Part shown: in pieces, positions 43,139 to 53,510 of the stretch
How the letters are laid out: the number at the start of each line of letters is the position of its first letter
Position numbering within the stretch: position 1 is the first letter of the stretch
Assembly: GCA_039621445.1 (NCBI GenBank)
Contig: CP154954.1
Location: 33,825,737-33,889,736, forward strand
Direction of reading: 5' to 3'
Length of the DNA stretch: 64,000 nucleotides
Source of the DNA: Euglena gracilis
Lineage: Eukaryota
Made by a program: the position numbers and the translations under genes
Notes under the pieces: generated by a model
Database searches by the model: none
Told to the model about the DNA's origin: nothing
What the model saw: only the letters and a program-made list of their open reading frames with translations

Positions 43139-44579
43139 GGGGGCGTTTGGCAGGACCAACCTAGCCGGCTGGCCGGACCAACCTAGCCGGCTGGCAGACA
43201 AACCTAGCCAGCCAACATGTCGGCCGTCCAGCCGTCCGTCCAGATGAAAGCCACTGTCGCCAGCCGCCCGGCCATCCAGACCAAAACAAACAAAAAACAA
43301 AACGCACGCACGCCGTGCGCAGTGACGCCGTCTCAGGAATGAATGTGCGCACCGGAGGGGACCTAAGTTCGTTCTGCCCAAATAACGCCGGGTGGATTTG
43401 GGTGGATGGTGGAATGTTGGTGGTGGATGAAATACGGCCCCCCGTGGCTTAAAACGACAAAAAACCCGTAGGGGGCAGAAAAAGAGAATACGCCAGAGGC
43501 AACCCCTCTCAAAAACCCCCCAATTTTTTAGCTTTTTTGAGCAAGAGAACTTGTTGCACAGAAAAAAAAAGAATGCAAGAAACAAAAAAAACAAGTCTCA
43601 GGAGAAAACGAGCATCTCAGGACAAAACGTTTCTGGTCAAAATCTGGCACCATCTGGCCCAAAACAAAAAAAACCCATAAACAACTGCTGAAGAAAAAGT
43701 CCGTTTTTTTGGCAAAAAAAATTCCAGAGCTGTAATTTTTTTTGGTGGTTCAAGCCTTTAAAAAGGGAGAATGGGGGTTTTTGAGGTCGAGGAACCCAAA
43801 CTTCAAGAACTAAAAACAAACACACAAGAACATGGACAACAGAAAAATCAAGGCCGCACAAACCAATTAAGGTGGAACCGTTGCTTGCCAAGGAACCTTC
43901 AAGCATCTTGAACTTACTTCTCAGATGAAAAAAAGGCACACCTTTGATTGACTTCAGTTTCAGGTGCTCAAAACACTTGGTCATTCTCAAAACTTCTTTC
44001 CATTCAAATCCAATCTCAATGTCCTGTGAAAAATGAACCAAATGAGCATCATTTACTCAAACATGAACTAAATCCCTGTGGCTCCCATTCATCATCCAAA
44101 AGATGAACAGTGAAATGTGCCAGATGTAGCATGAAAGATGTCACAGAAACGTCCAGAAAACGTTCACAGGATTTGTTGGAACACTGTCTTAAAAAGACAT
44201 TTTGAAGACATGCCACAGACAAATGAAATGATGCTAATTCTTCAAAAGAAAAAAAGAAAGAAAATCTTCAAAAGACACTTCAAGATGGGCGTACCTGCTT
44301 CAATGTTCAAAAAATCCTGCATGACTGCATTCCTTATCCTTCAAATAGCTTGTACCCGAAGTCAGAATAAAGATAAACCAGGAATTCCAAGAGGGAGAAA
44401 CACTTTTCTGACAGACAATTAGGAAATACCGGGCGTGGTCGCCTGCGCTAGACCTTTCGCGATTTTGAGACCAACCTAGCCGTCCGTCCGTCCAGCCAAA
44501 GTGCACCATGTCCAGCCGTCCGTCCAGGTGAAAGGAATTTTCTCTAGCCGTCCGTCCGTCCGTCCGTCCGCACGCCTCC
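43139..44579. mobile_element. PIF/Harbinger-like non-autonomous element inserted in element B
   Basis: 3-bp CAG duplication (43136-43138, 44580-44582); imperfect TIR GGGGGCGTTTGG / GGAGGCGTGCGG; subterminal CTAGCC and GTCCGTCC repeats at both ends. Removing it restores the RVATL|EEGAP reading. Confidence 0.7.
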
Positions 44580-46654
44580 CAGGGTTGCCACGCGAACGAC
44601 GTGGAAACGTTCGGCCCACCACGATTGAGTGGAATGATCTGGGGTGGAAGAGGCCAAGGAGGAAGGGTTGGCGATCCAGGAGGCCAGTGGTTCGCCGTGC
44701 GGGCCCAAAGTATCAAGTTGCAGGGCAAGGTGATTTGGTTCCAATGTAAGGCAGACAGGGTGCCCCCACGATGTCACAGGCCGCGTGCCGGATGGAATCT
44801 GAGATGATTTGCACACTCTGAGTACCGGAGCAGATATTCGTTTGACGCAGGAGGTGTGTCACGCGACAGCCGTCCAAGCAGTTGCGTAGCAGACAGTGTT
44901 GCAGTTGGGGGTCCGGCAGTTGTTGGAGGCGCAAGATAGTATCCTGGAATTTTTCAGATGCCTTGGCCCAGGTAATGTCAGAGAAGGTGCTGTCGCCGGG
45001 GTAGTCACAGGGTACCCCAAGGCACAGGATGCCTGTTCCCGGTCCCCATGGAGTGACTGGGAAGTTTTGTGCGAGGTGTTCGGGAGGGAAGATCTGAAGG
45101 ACCGGGGGTTTTGGGGTGGCACAGGGGATACCTGGTCCCCACAAGGCCCTTTCTAGGGGTTGAGTCGGAGCCCGATGGAGCCGAGTGCCGTGGCCAAAGA
45201 AGCCGCAAAGGGCAAAACATCGACGGCAGGGCCGATGACAGTTCCGTCGTCCAAATACCATGCCTGCCACACCGTGTTAGGCAGGGTGGCCGAAGCCTGT
45301 TGCAGCGCCTGATGCAGACCCAAGGCAAAGGCAATGGGCCCACAGGTGTCCCCCTGATGGACGCCGGTCCTGCTGTGACAGATCACTTCGCCCTGGCAAA
45401 GTAGCGGGACGTCTTCCCCGTACGAGAAGCGGAGCCAATTGTAGAGGGACGGGCACAGGATCGATCAATGGTGTTGAAGGCATTGGATACATCGGCCTGA
45501 AAAATGACCCAGTCACCATCCGTTGGCAAGGAGGATATGGCGGCCTGTATCGCAAGCCCCACTGTCTCCGCACCGTACCGAACTCCCACTCCCAATTGCA
45601 TCGGGAACAGCTGAGATGTTTCTGTTTTGCATTGCGGATGTCGCAAAAGCATTTTTCCAATGAAACGGCGGAGACAATCCCCCACGGCGATCGGGCGCAG
45701 CCCACCGTCCTTTTTTGTGAGTGGGATCAGGTTGGATGTCCCAAAGATGATCGACGCATTTGTTGGTAGAGAGCCCTCCCAGGCCATCTGAGCCAGGGAT
45801 CCCAAGGCTGTGTGTTGGGGGCCTGCGCCTGCCTCGCGGTCCAACAGGTCCCGAAGGTGTTGAGGACGCAGACCAGATGGGCCGGGGGCGCTGCCGCGGG
45901 GGAAAGAGGCCGCGGCTTCCTGCACAATTGAAGTCCAGTTGAAGTCAGAGGCTTGTGGAATGTTGCCTACCCCAGGCAGCGGCAAACTGGCGCGGACAGG
46001 AGCCCCCGGTGGATGGAGCGAAAGAAGTTTCTCCAGAACTACTGGGTCCCCGGAGGATGCTAGGGGCAGAGAGGTGAGGGCGTCCACGGCCTTGCCGAGA
46101 GCTCCTTCTTCAACCAGACCGCGTACCCGGTCCATCAGACCACGCGTCACAGAGTCCGAGGTAGAGTTAGAGGGATTCGCACGAGTGGAGGGACGCTTCC
46201 GCCGTCCGTCAGAACGAATGGGATCAAACAGGGCTCCAACCTCCCCTGCATGCCATTGGGAGAGTCTCTTCTCCAGGAGGCAATGTAACGTGCGTCGATG
46301 GAAAGACGAGTTTTTGGGAGGGGCACCAAGAACCAGTTTCGGAAAAATGAACAGGCGGTGTAAGGATTCCCAGGTTTGTGAGCGGAGAAAGGTCTGAATA
46401 GCAGATGCCAAGGCATCAGAGATCGCGTGACGACATGACAAGGGAATACGTCGGAGAGTGGGGCAGTTGGTGGAGAGAACCACCTGCAGATTAGGCTGCA
46501 GTTCTGGACACGGGTGGGAAAGGGGAGTGCCGTCCCCAACGGGCTGGTTCGATGAGGTGGGAAGGGGGGAGGAGGGGTGGGAGGAAGCATGGGTGGTCGA
46601 GACATTGAGGGATCCATAACTGGAGACGCGACATTTTTCACGATCCCAGCTCAG

Positions 46655-46679
46655 CTTTCTGAGTGTCTATTTTTTTTCG
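46655..46679 (+). other. Euglena-type spliced-leader exon sequence, genomic copy without the SL intron
   Basis: CTTTCTGAGTGTCTATTTTTTTTCG matches 25 of the 26 nt of the Euglena gracilis SL as I recall it (ACTTTCTGAGTGTCTATTTTTTTTCG). It is followed by ATCTCC rather than a GT donor, and an ATG lies 18 nt downstream. Confidence 0.85.
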
Positions 46680-46697
46680 ATCTCCGCATAAACCGCC

Positions 46698-47231
46698 ATG
46701 TCGGGGGCCGCGGCCCCAGAAGACCCGCCAGCCGTGCTGGAAGTGCCGCTGGACAACGTCATCCTCAACAAAAAATTGAATTCGGTGCTGGAGCAAGTGA
46801 GCCTGGTGGCTCAGAATATGGTGGTATTAGCAAGCAAAGTGGAAGAGCTGGCCGACAAGGTGGAGGAAGGACGACCGGGAAAAAGGAGACGACAAGAAGA
46901 CGAAGCCTACGAGGAGTTCCTCAAAAAAAAACACCAGAGCCGATACATCCCCCGCCACCTCCGACACCAGCCTGAGCAGCCCTTACCGCCCCCCTGGCTA
47001 CAACACACACACACACACCACACACACCACACACTTTTAAATCCCCAGGGGAAGCATGGAAGGACTGCCCAGCAACAACAGCAGCCACAGCAGCAACAGC
47101 AGGAACAGCTGCAACCCCAAATGGGGCAAATGGGCAGCCAAATGGGGGCCCAGATGGGCAGCCTCCTGGGGGGCCCTGTGGGGAACACCCCCACCATGAC
47201 CGCCAGTGCAACAGCCAACCAAGGGCTGTAG
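46698..47231 (+). CDS. ORF1-like protein (predicted coiled coil, basic NLS-like KRRR, Q-rich tail), 177 aa
   Basis: First ATG after the SL; intronless; heptad-like LNSVLEQVSLVAQNMVVLASKVEELADKV. Confidence 0.65.
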   Translation: MSGAAAPEDPPAVLEVPLDNVILNKKLNSVLEQVSLVAQNMVVLASKVEELADKVEEGRPGKRRRQEDEAYEEFLKKKHQSRYIPRHLRHQPEQPLPPPWLQHTHTHHTHHTLLNPQGKHGRTAQQQQQPQQQQQEQLQPQMGQMGSQMGAQMGSLLGGPVGNTPTMTASATANQGL

Positions 47232-48210
47232 CTCCCCACCGACCTGCTGCGACAGCTGCTGCTACAAATCATGTGGATGCTGCTTGGACATGTTCCAAAT
47301 TTAAATTTAAATTCAAATGGCAGCCACATGTCCATTGCTACCGATGCCCCGCTCTTAATGGCAGCTGGACCCTCTGGACCCTCCCTCCCACCATCTCCTT
47401 CATTTGTGCCCTGCCAAATCGAAGGGGGGGGGGAGTGGAAGAGGGGGGGGAAGTTTTTGGAAAAACTCCCACCACTGATGGTCACCCCCTGGTCCCCCCC
47501 CCCCCCCTCCCATCCATCGATTTCTCCACTATCTCTTCCGATCTGGAGGTCCTCCCTCACCTCCCCCCCCCCCCCCCCCCCCCACCCCCTTCCCTGCTGC
47601 CCCTACCCCCCCCGCTCAGCCGACCCTGTCCCCCCCCCCTCCCCTGGCACGATGTCTCAACATCTAGAATTTCTCTGGTATCGATCCTCGCCCTCTCGAG
47701 CCCATCCCCCCCCCCGGAACGCTGGAGATCTACGACTGGCCAACACCGTGGCCCCCCCCCAGCCCCCCTCTCCCCTAGACACCTCTCGTCCCCCTCTTTC
47801 CTCTCTCTCCCTCCCTCGTCCCTCCAAGCATGAAGTCACACCCAGGCGGGAGGCCCACAAAAAATGCACTACAACACCACAAAACCAGAGGATTTTGGAA
47901 AAACTCAGGACAAGGTCCACTGAGGAAAAGAAAATGGTCACCGACCTGGTGGATCAAAAAAGGGCTGCACAAAAAAAGGAGCACACCTTAGCAGCCAGTT
48001 CCAGAGCCCCGGCCAACCTGCCGACAAACTCGATTTCAGCAGCAGACGATTGGTCTGTGCTGTCTTCGACGGACGCCTCCATCTGGGGGGAATGGACCGG
48101 GTCCAGAAAAAAATACAAAAAAGTCCTCGTGGACCACTGGCTGGAGGGAATCCATATCGCCGCTTCCCCCCTGCCCCCCCACCCCCCCGGTCGCACCTGG
48201 TCTGACCTAG

Positions 48211-51200
48211 CGGACGACGACGTCCAGCTGCTCCTGTATCCCCCCTGCGCGCAGCCCCAAGAGGGGGGGGGGGGGCGGCCGGCTACCGCCCCTCGGGGGG
48301 GGCCGGCGTCACGGGCATACGACGGGGTGGCATCACGCCGACGGTCACAGTCGCCCCGGCCTCTCGAGGCAGCTCTGCCACAGGGATATCCTCTGCTGCG
48401 GCGATATCGAGGAGAACCCGGGGCCTCGCCCGGGGGGACCGGCAAGCCCATCCCCCCCCCTGGCACCCGACGACGTCTGGGAGGAGATCTACTGGACTGG
48501 CCAACACTGGCGGTGGCTACGTCTGCTCACCCCGGCAACCGCCGGCCCCTCGTCGTCGGGGACGGCAGCACACCTCGCGTCGGCAGGGTCCGAATTTGCG
48601 ATATGCCTCTTGTGCTCTCAGCACGTCAACCTGTCGTCCCTCCAAGGCATGCAGTCCCATCAATGCCAGGCGGGTAGGCCCATGGGCAACATTTTCTCTC
48701 TCCCCTCCATAAGAGAAGACTCGTGGCGCTGGAGGCTACAGCACCTGGAGTCCCTCCCAAACGGCGAGTGGTGGCTGGTACACTGCCAAATGTGCGGATG
48801 GTCGACTGCGACCCCGTACCCAGTGCCCATAGTTGCCCACATGCAGATCTGCCAACCACCGTCTCTCTCTGACGTCGATAGCGACCCGGAGGATGACGAT
48901 GCCGACGACGATGACTCCGCGCGTCCCAGACGGGGAGCGGCCGCTCTTGGGCCCAGCAGCCCGGCACCGGCACCCCCCGGGGCCTCACCCCCACCCCACG
49001 TAGCTGCCTCCCCCATAGACTCACAGGGAGCCCCGCGTGGGCGGCTCCTCACCTCCACACTTCGCCGGCAGGCCGCCGGCTGCCGCCGCCTGGGGGCTCC
49101 CCCGCAGGCTCGGAGCGGCAGGGGCACAGACATCCTCACTGCGGGAGATGTGGAGAGCAACCCCGGCCCCACGAGCTCCAGGCGGGCTTCATCCGTTCTC
49201 CCCCCCCTCGCACCACGCGAAGACTTCATGCTGGACACCGAGTGGTTCCAGGCGGTGGTGCGGGCTCTGTCCCCCCATAACCCGCCCACCATCGACGCTT
49301 TCGCCGACCAAAATAACACCCAACTGGACGCCTTCTGGTCATCAAGGGAGGATGCATTCCTCCAGAATTGGAACTTGCCAAACCCGCTGTGGTGCAACCC
49401 ACCCTTCTCCCTGCTCCCCCGTGTTTTGGAACACGTCCTTCGATATGGGGGCAACATCATCCTCCTCGCACCGGAGTGGTCCACCGCGCTGGCCGGCCTG
49501 CGGCGCCTCTCCTCGCATTCCGTGACCTTACCGCGATGCCCCATCTACCGGGCCCGGGGGACAGCGCTGCTGCCAGCCCCCACGTGGTCGACCACAGCCC
49601 TACGGATATGCCACACCGGCAGCGGCAGCCCATGCGGCGCCCGGCCCCCACCGGGTCCCCACCGGGGCGCTGACCACGGACGGCAGCTCTCGCACCACGC
49701 GCACTCCCCTTACCCCCTTGCGCCGCTCCTCTCCCCTGGCCAACAACGCCTCATCATAGAACGCCGCTCCACTCATGGCGGCGAAGTCTTCCACCTAGGG
49801 GACTATGCAGGCTGGACATTCCTATTCCACCGGAACGCCCTGTGGGACATCCGCGGTCAGACCCCCTGCTGGTGCCCTCGCTGCGGCCTGTGGCAATGGC
49901 CTTGGGACTGCCCCACGTTGCTCCCTCTTCAGTTTGCCGCCCTTAGACCACCGCTCTTACGCCCGGCTTTTCGGCTGACCCCCACCCCCCACTCCCTCCT
50001 CGACGAGCCACGGGCCCCCCTGGATCTGGCAGCGGTAGCCAACTCACTGCCAAAAAACGGCCATCGTTGTCCGCCGCGGGGCAGTCCTTTCATACGGGGG
50101 GCAAACCGCGGACGGGGTAGCCTCCTCACCTGTGGCGATGTGGAGGAGAACCCTGGGCCAGCCAAGCGCCCGGCCTCCGGGCCACCTCATGGCGCACCGG
50201 CTGCTGCGGATGCCCGGGACCACGACCACCTCTTTCTGGACCTGGCCCACCCGGAACTTGACGCCGCGGTAGTTATCGACAGCGCGGGGCAGGAGTCCAA
50301 CCTCCGGGGACGGCCCGCGCACAACCTTGTCGTGGGCACTCCCCCATGCGACATCACCCACGTCCTCCAACAAAGAATCTCGACCCTTATTTACCTGCCC
50401 TCGGCCTGCCAGCAACCTGTCTTTGACACTTTGGCAGATGCCATCAACGCATACACGCACGCACCCTCGGACGCTGCTCTATTCAGCGTCCTATCCTTCC
50501 CGAAACTCGTCCTCCGACCGGTGTCGACTACCAAACCACCGCCGGCAGCGGAGCTGGAGTCCATCCTGCTGAGGCGTACCAAACTGTTCCGCGAGGGGGA
50601 CTACGGCACCCTTCTGACAGAGGCACTAAAGGACGCACAGGCTCGACACTCCGTCGTGGAAACCAGGGCGGAAAAACGCTCAAGAACGCAGCCGACCGCC
50701 CTCAGTGAGGCCATCACGAGACGGGTGCGCACCCTCACCGCAGAAGGGGCGTCCGCGAAGGCAGTCCAGCTACTGCTCTCTGAGGGCGCGCACCAACCGG
50801 ATGATCCGGATGTCTGGGCTGCCCTGGAGAAGTTGCACCCCAGCGGCAGACAGGTGGACACCAACCGCCTCCCGCGACATGTTAAGCCCTTCCCTGAGAA
50901 CCACATCCCGGAATGGGAGGACAGACTGAAGGAGGCCATCCGCCGTTTCCCACGGGGTTCCGCCGCAGGCCCGTCGGGCCTGCGGCCCAGCCACCTCCAA
51001 GACTGTCTTCGTAGGCCGGGCCGGGGAGCCAAGCTGATCACAGCCCTTGCGCAGCTGACCCAGTTCTGGATTGACGGCCAGCTACCACCGCACCACGCCG
51101 CGGCCTGGTGCTGCGCGAATCTGACCCCACTCCGCAAGAAGGACAACGGGGTGCGGCCAGTGGCGGTTGGGGAGACCATCCGCCGCCTGGTAGGGAAAAC

Positions 51201-51215
51201 GCTGCTCCGCTCGCC
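48211..51215 (+). CDS. Polyprotein segment of element C: 2A, zinc fingers, 2A, Dam-like MTase, 2A, RT N-terminus
   Basis: The frame of ORF 48610..51825 is stop-free back to 48211 and contains DIEENPGP (48403-48426), DVESNPGP (49147-49170) and DVEENPGP (50137-50160). Confidence 0.85.
49225..49610 (+). CDS. N6-adenine DNA methyltransferase-like domain (phage Dam / DIRS1-type)
   Basis: IDAFADQNN..DAFLQNW..LWCNPPFSLLPRVL..IILLAPEW; catalytic NPPF at 49396-49407. Confidence 0.8.
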
Positions 51216-51599
51216 CCCACCCAGGTCGGGGTTGGGGTACGGAACGCCGCCGAGGCCGTTGCCCTGGGCATGCAGCACCTCGTGCTTCAGCTGGGGGACA
51301 CCTCACCCTGGGTTTCCCTCCAGGTGGACAACTCCAATGCTTTCAACAGTTGACCGAGGGGCGATCCTCACAGAGGCCGAGACCCGTACACCCAGTCTGT
51401 TCAATTTCCGGAGGTTTGCATACAGCGGGCCCGTCCCCCTCTTCTGCGGGGGCCGCACCATCCTTTCCCAGAGGGGCACACACCAGGGCTGCCCTCTGGG
51501 CCCCATTGGGTTCGCCCTGGCGCTGCAGCCGCTGCTGGACCAGATAACCAGGGACGGCCAGGGCTTGGTACCTACCCCGGAAACACAAAAAACAACCAC

Positions 51600-53159
51600 T
51601 GGAACAGCTGGTACCTGGACGACGGCCTCCTGGTCGGAACCCCCGACAGGATTGAACACTGCCTCCGTTTCCTGCTGCAAGAGTCCCACCGCATCGGCCT
51701 TGGCCTCAACCTGCAGAAGTGCGTCATGTGGGGCCCGGGAGCGCGGAGTGCACCCAGTTGCGACAGATTCCAAGTGGTCCCTTGGTCACCAGGGGAAGGC
51801 ATTACCGTGCTCGGAATCCCAGTAGACCACCCCGCGTCCTCCGACACCACCAAGAAAGCGTGGGCGGATGCTGCCGCCAAGATCGAGAAGGCCTCATCTA
51901 CCATAACGTCCCTCACCGACGCCCAGGTGGCACATCACCTTCTGCGGAGCTGTCTAGACGGCTGCAAAGTGAACCACCTCCTACGCGCGTCCGACTCGTA
52001 TGGCAGCCAAGATCAGGTTACAGGCTGCTCGGAGGTCATCATGAACGCCTTCGAGGACATACTGGGCACGGCACTGAACCCACAACAGCGGACACAAGCG
52101 TCGCTGCCCCTATCCAGCGGGGGCTGCGGCCTGCGCGTCCCGTCCTGCACTCAGCCCGCAGCCAGGATCTCCTGCCTTGCAGACTTCTACTCAGACGGGG
52201 CCAGGCGCGTGGGTGTGCCCGACTACGCATCCGGCCTGCAGCTACCCCTGGTCGCGCCCGTCCTGGACGACCTCCGGGGCAGGCTAGGAGCCAACCATGC
52301 CACGGTCACCACCTTCCTCCACAACCCACAACGACTCGCCTCCGCGGACCAAGAACCCCGGAGGCAAAAGTGGTGGAACCACGAGCTGGGCAAAAAGGCG
52401 ATGGATGGCCTTGTGGACCAGGCCCGGCCCCGCGACCAGAACCGCCTCCTTGAACAAGCCACGGGGTTCGGACACGGGTGGATGGCGGCCACCCCTTCCA
52501 ACAACTCCCACACCACCTTCTCTAGCGAGGAGTACACCTTGGGACTGAAGTGGTGGTTAGGGCTTCCGGTGCTGGAGGACGTCAGCCAGCCGTGCACAGG
52601 GTGCGGCCAGCCTCTGGACCAGGAAGGCGACCACCTGCTTTGCTGCCGCAGGAACAACTTCTCAGCCCGGCACAACGCTGTTCAGGACGCTCTGTTTCTA
52701 ACCTTGTCCAACAGCGGTCACCGGGTGCAGAAGGAAGTTTCCCTGCCAACGGCCCGAGACAGTCACCTACGCCCGGCGGACCTCCTGCTGGACTGCTGGT
52801 CCGAGGGGAAGCCGACGGCGCTGGACGTTACCGTCTGCCACGGATGGCAAGCGGCAGAACACACAGCGACCCGCGAACGCTGGAGATCCTTCCTGAAGAG
52901 GAGGGAGGACGCCAAAAAGCAGAAATACAACGTGCCATGTCAGCAAGCAGGGTGGGGCTTCACACCTTTCGCCCTCGGGACATGGGGTGGCATGGGACCG
53001 GAAACGGCCAAGACACTGAGCAGAGTGGCCAAACGCGCATCGTCCTGGCAACAGGGCGCTGAGCGCGAAACCAAACAAGCGGAAATCTACCAAAATGTGG
53101 CCATCGCCTTGCTCCGAGAAGTGTTCCACCTCTTACAACCCAAGCACGTCCTCCGTTAA
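51600..53159 (+). CDS. Element C RT C-terminal half, CCHC and restriction-like endonuclease
   Basis: WYLDDG, LNLQKC, QASLPLSSGGCG, CTGC..DHLLCC, RHNAVQD, RPADLLL..ALDVTV, PFALGTWGGMG. Confidence 0.9.
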   Translation, partial: WNSWYLDDGLLVGTPDRIEHCLRFLLQESHRIGLGLNLQKCVMWGPGARSAPSCDRFQVVPWSPGEGITVLGIPVDHPASSDTTKKAWADAAAKIEKASSTITSLTDAQVAHHLLRSCLDGCKVNHLLRASDSYGSQDQVTGCSEVIMNAFEDILGTALNPQQRTQASLPLSSGGCGLRVPSCTQPAARISCLADFYSDGARRVGVPDYASGLQLPLVAPVLDDLRGRLGANHATVTTFLHNPQRLASADQEPRRQKWWNHELGKKAMDGLVDQARPRDQNRLLEQATGFGHGWMAATPSNNSHTTFSSEEYTLGLKWWLGLPVLEDVSQPCTGCGQPLDQEGDHLLCCRRNNFSARHNAVQDALFLTLSNSGHRVQKEVSLPTARDSHLRPADLLLDCWSEGKPTALDVTVCHGWQAAEHTATRERWRSFLKRREDAKKQKYNVPCQQAGWGFTPFALGTWGGMGPETAKTLSRVAKRASSWQQGAERETKQAEIYQNVAIALLREVFHLLQPKHVLR

Positions 53160-53510
53160 CCACGGGAGGAGCTATGCCAAAAAAAAAAAACACACACACA
53201 ACACAACCACACACCCACACCCACACACGCACACACACCCACACCCACACACGCACACATGCACACCAACACACCACAACCATCCGCCCGCCCTCCCGCC
53301 CGCGCCAAGCAGGCCGCCTCACCCCTACCGTCAGCCACCCCAGCCGTCAGCCACTCCAGCCGTCCCTCTGCGCCTTATATTGAAGATGGGCCTTGCCCGT
53401 TTTCCTCCTGCCCTGCCCTGCACCACCTGTATATACTTTTAACCTCCTCCGGACCTTCAAACCCAGTAGGCTGTGCCACTGGTCGGTGGATTCGGTTCGC
53501 CCCACCACCG

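Larger units (their letters stand above)
39756..46650 (-). mobile_element. Element B: decayed CRE-like non-LTR retrotransposon, same family as element E, interrupted by two DNA-transposon insertions
   Basis: Colinear with 55780-58860 (APGPSGLR, GLRPIAVG, QADVSNAFN, GVHQGD, WYLDD, C-terminus DRMIL). Internal deletions near 45460 and 44720. Insertions at 40317-42730 and 43139-44579. Confidence 0.9.
46655..53510 (+). mobile_element. Element C: apparently full-length CRE-like non-LTR retrotransposon with 5' SL, three 2A peptides and a methyltransferase domain
   Basis: Order: SL, ORF1-like region, 2A, Zn fingers, 2A, MTase, 2A, RT (AAGPSGLRP, GVRPVAVGE, VDNSNAFN, GTHQGCPLGP, WYLDD at 51609-51623), CCHC, endonuclease (RHN, RPAD, D), 3' UTR motif. 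Frameshifts at ~48270 and ~51215-51600. Confidence 0.85.

Noticed and set aside
46655-46679. Bona fide SL RNA gene
   Set aside because: No GT donor or SL intron follows the exon, and there is no tandem SL/5S context.
50110-50160. Vector contamination as the source of the T2A-like peptide
   Set aside because: It is seamlessly in frame in a natural ORF with sibling 2A variants and no vector sequence nearby.
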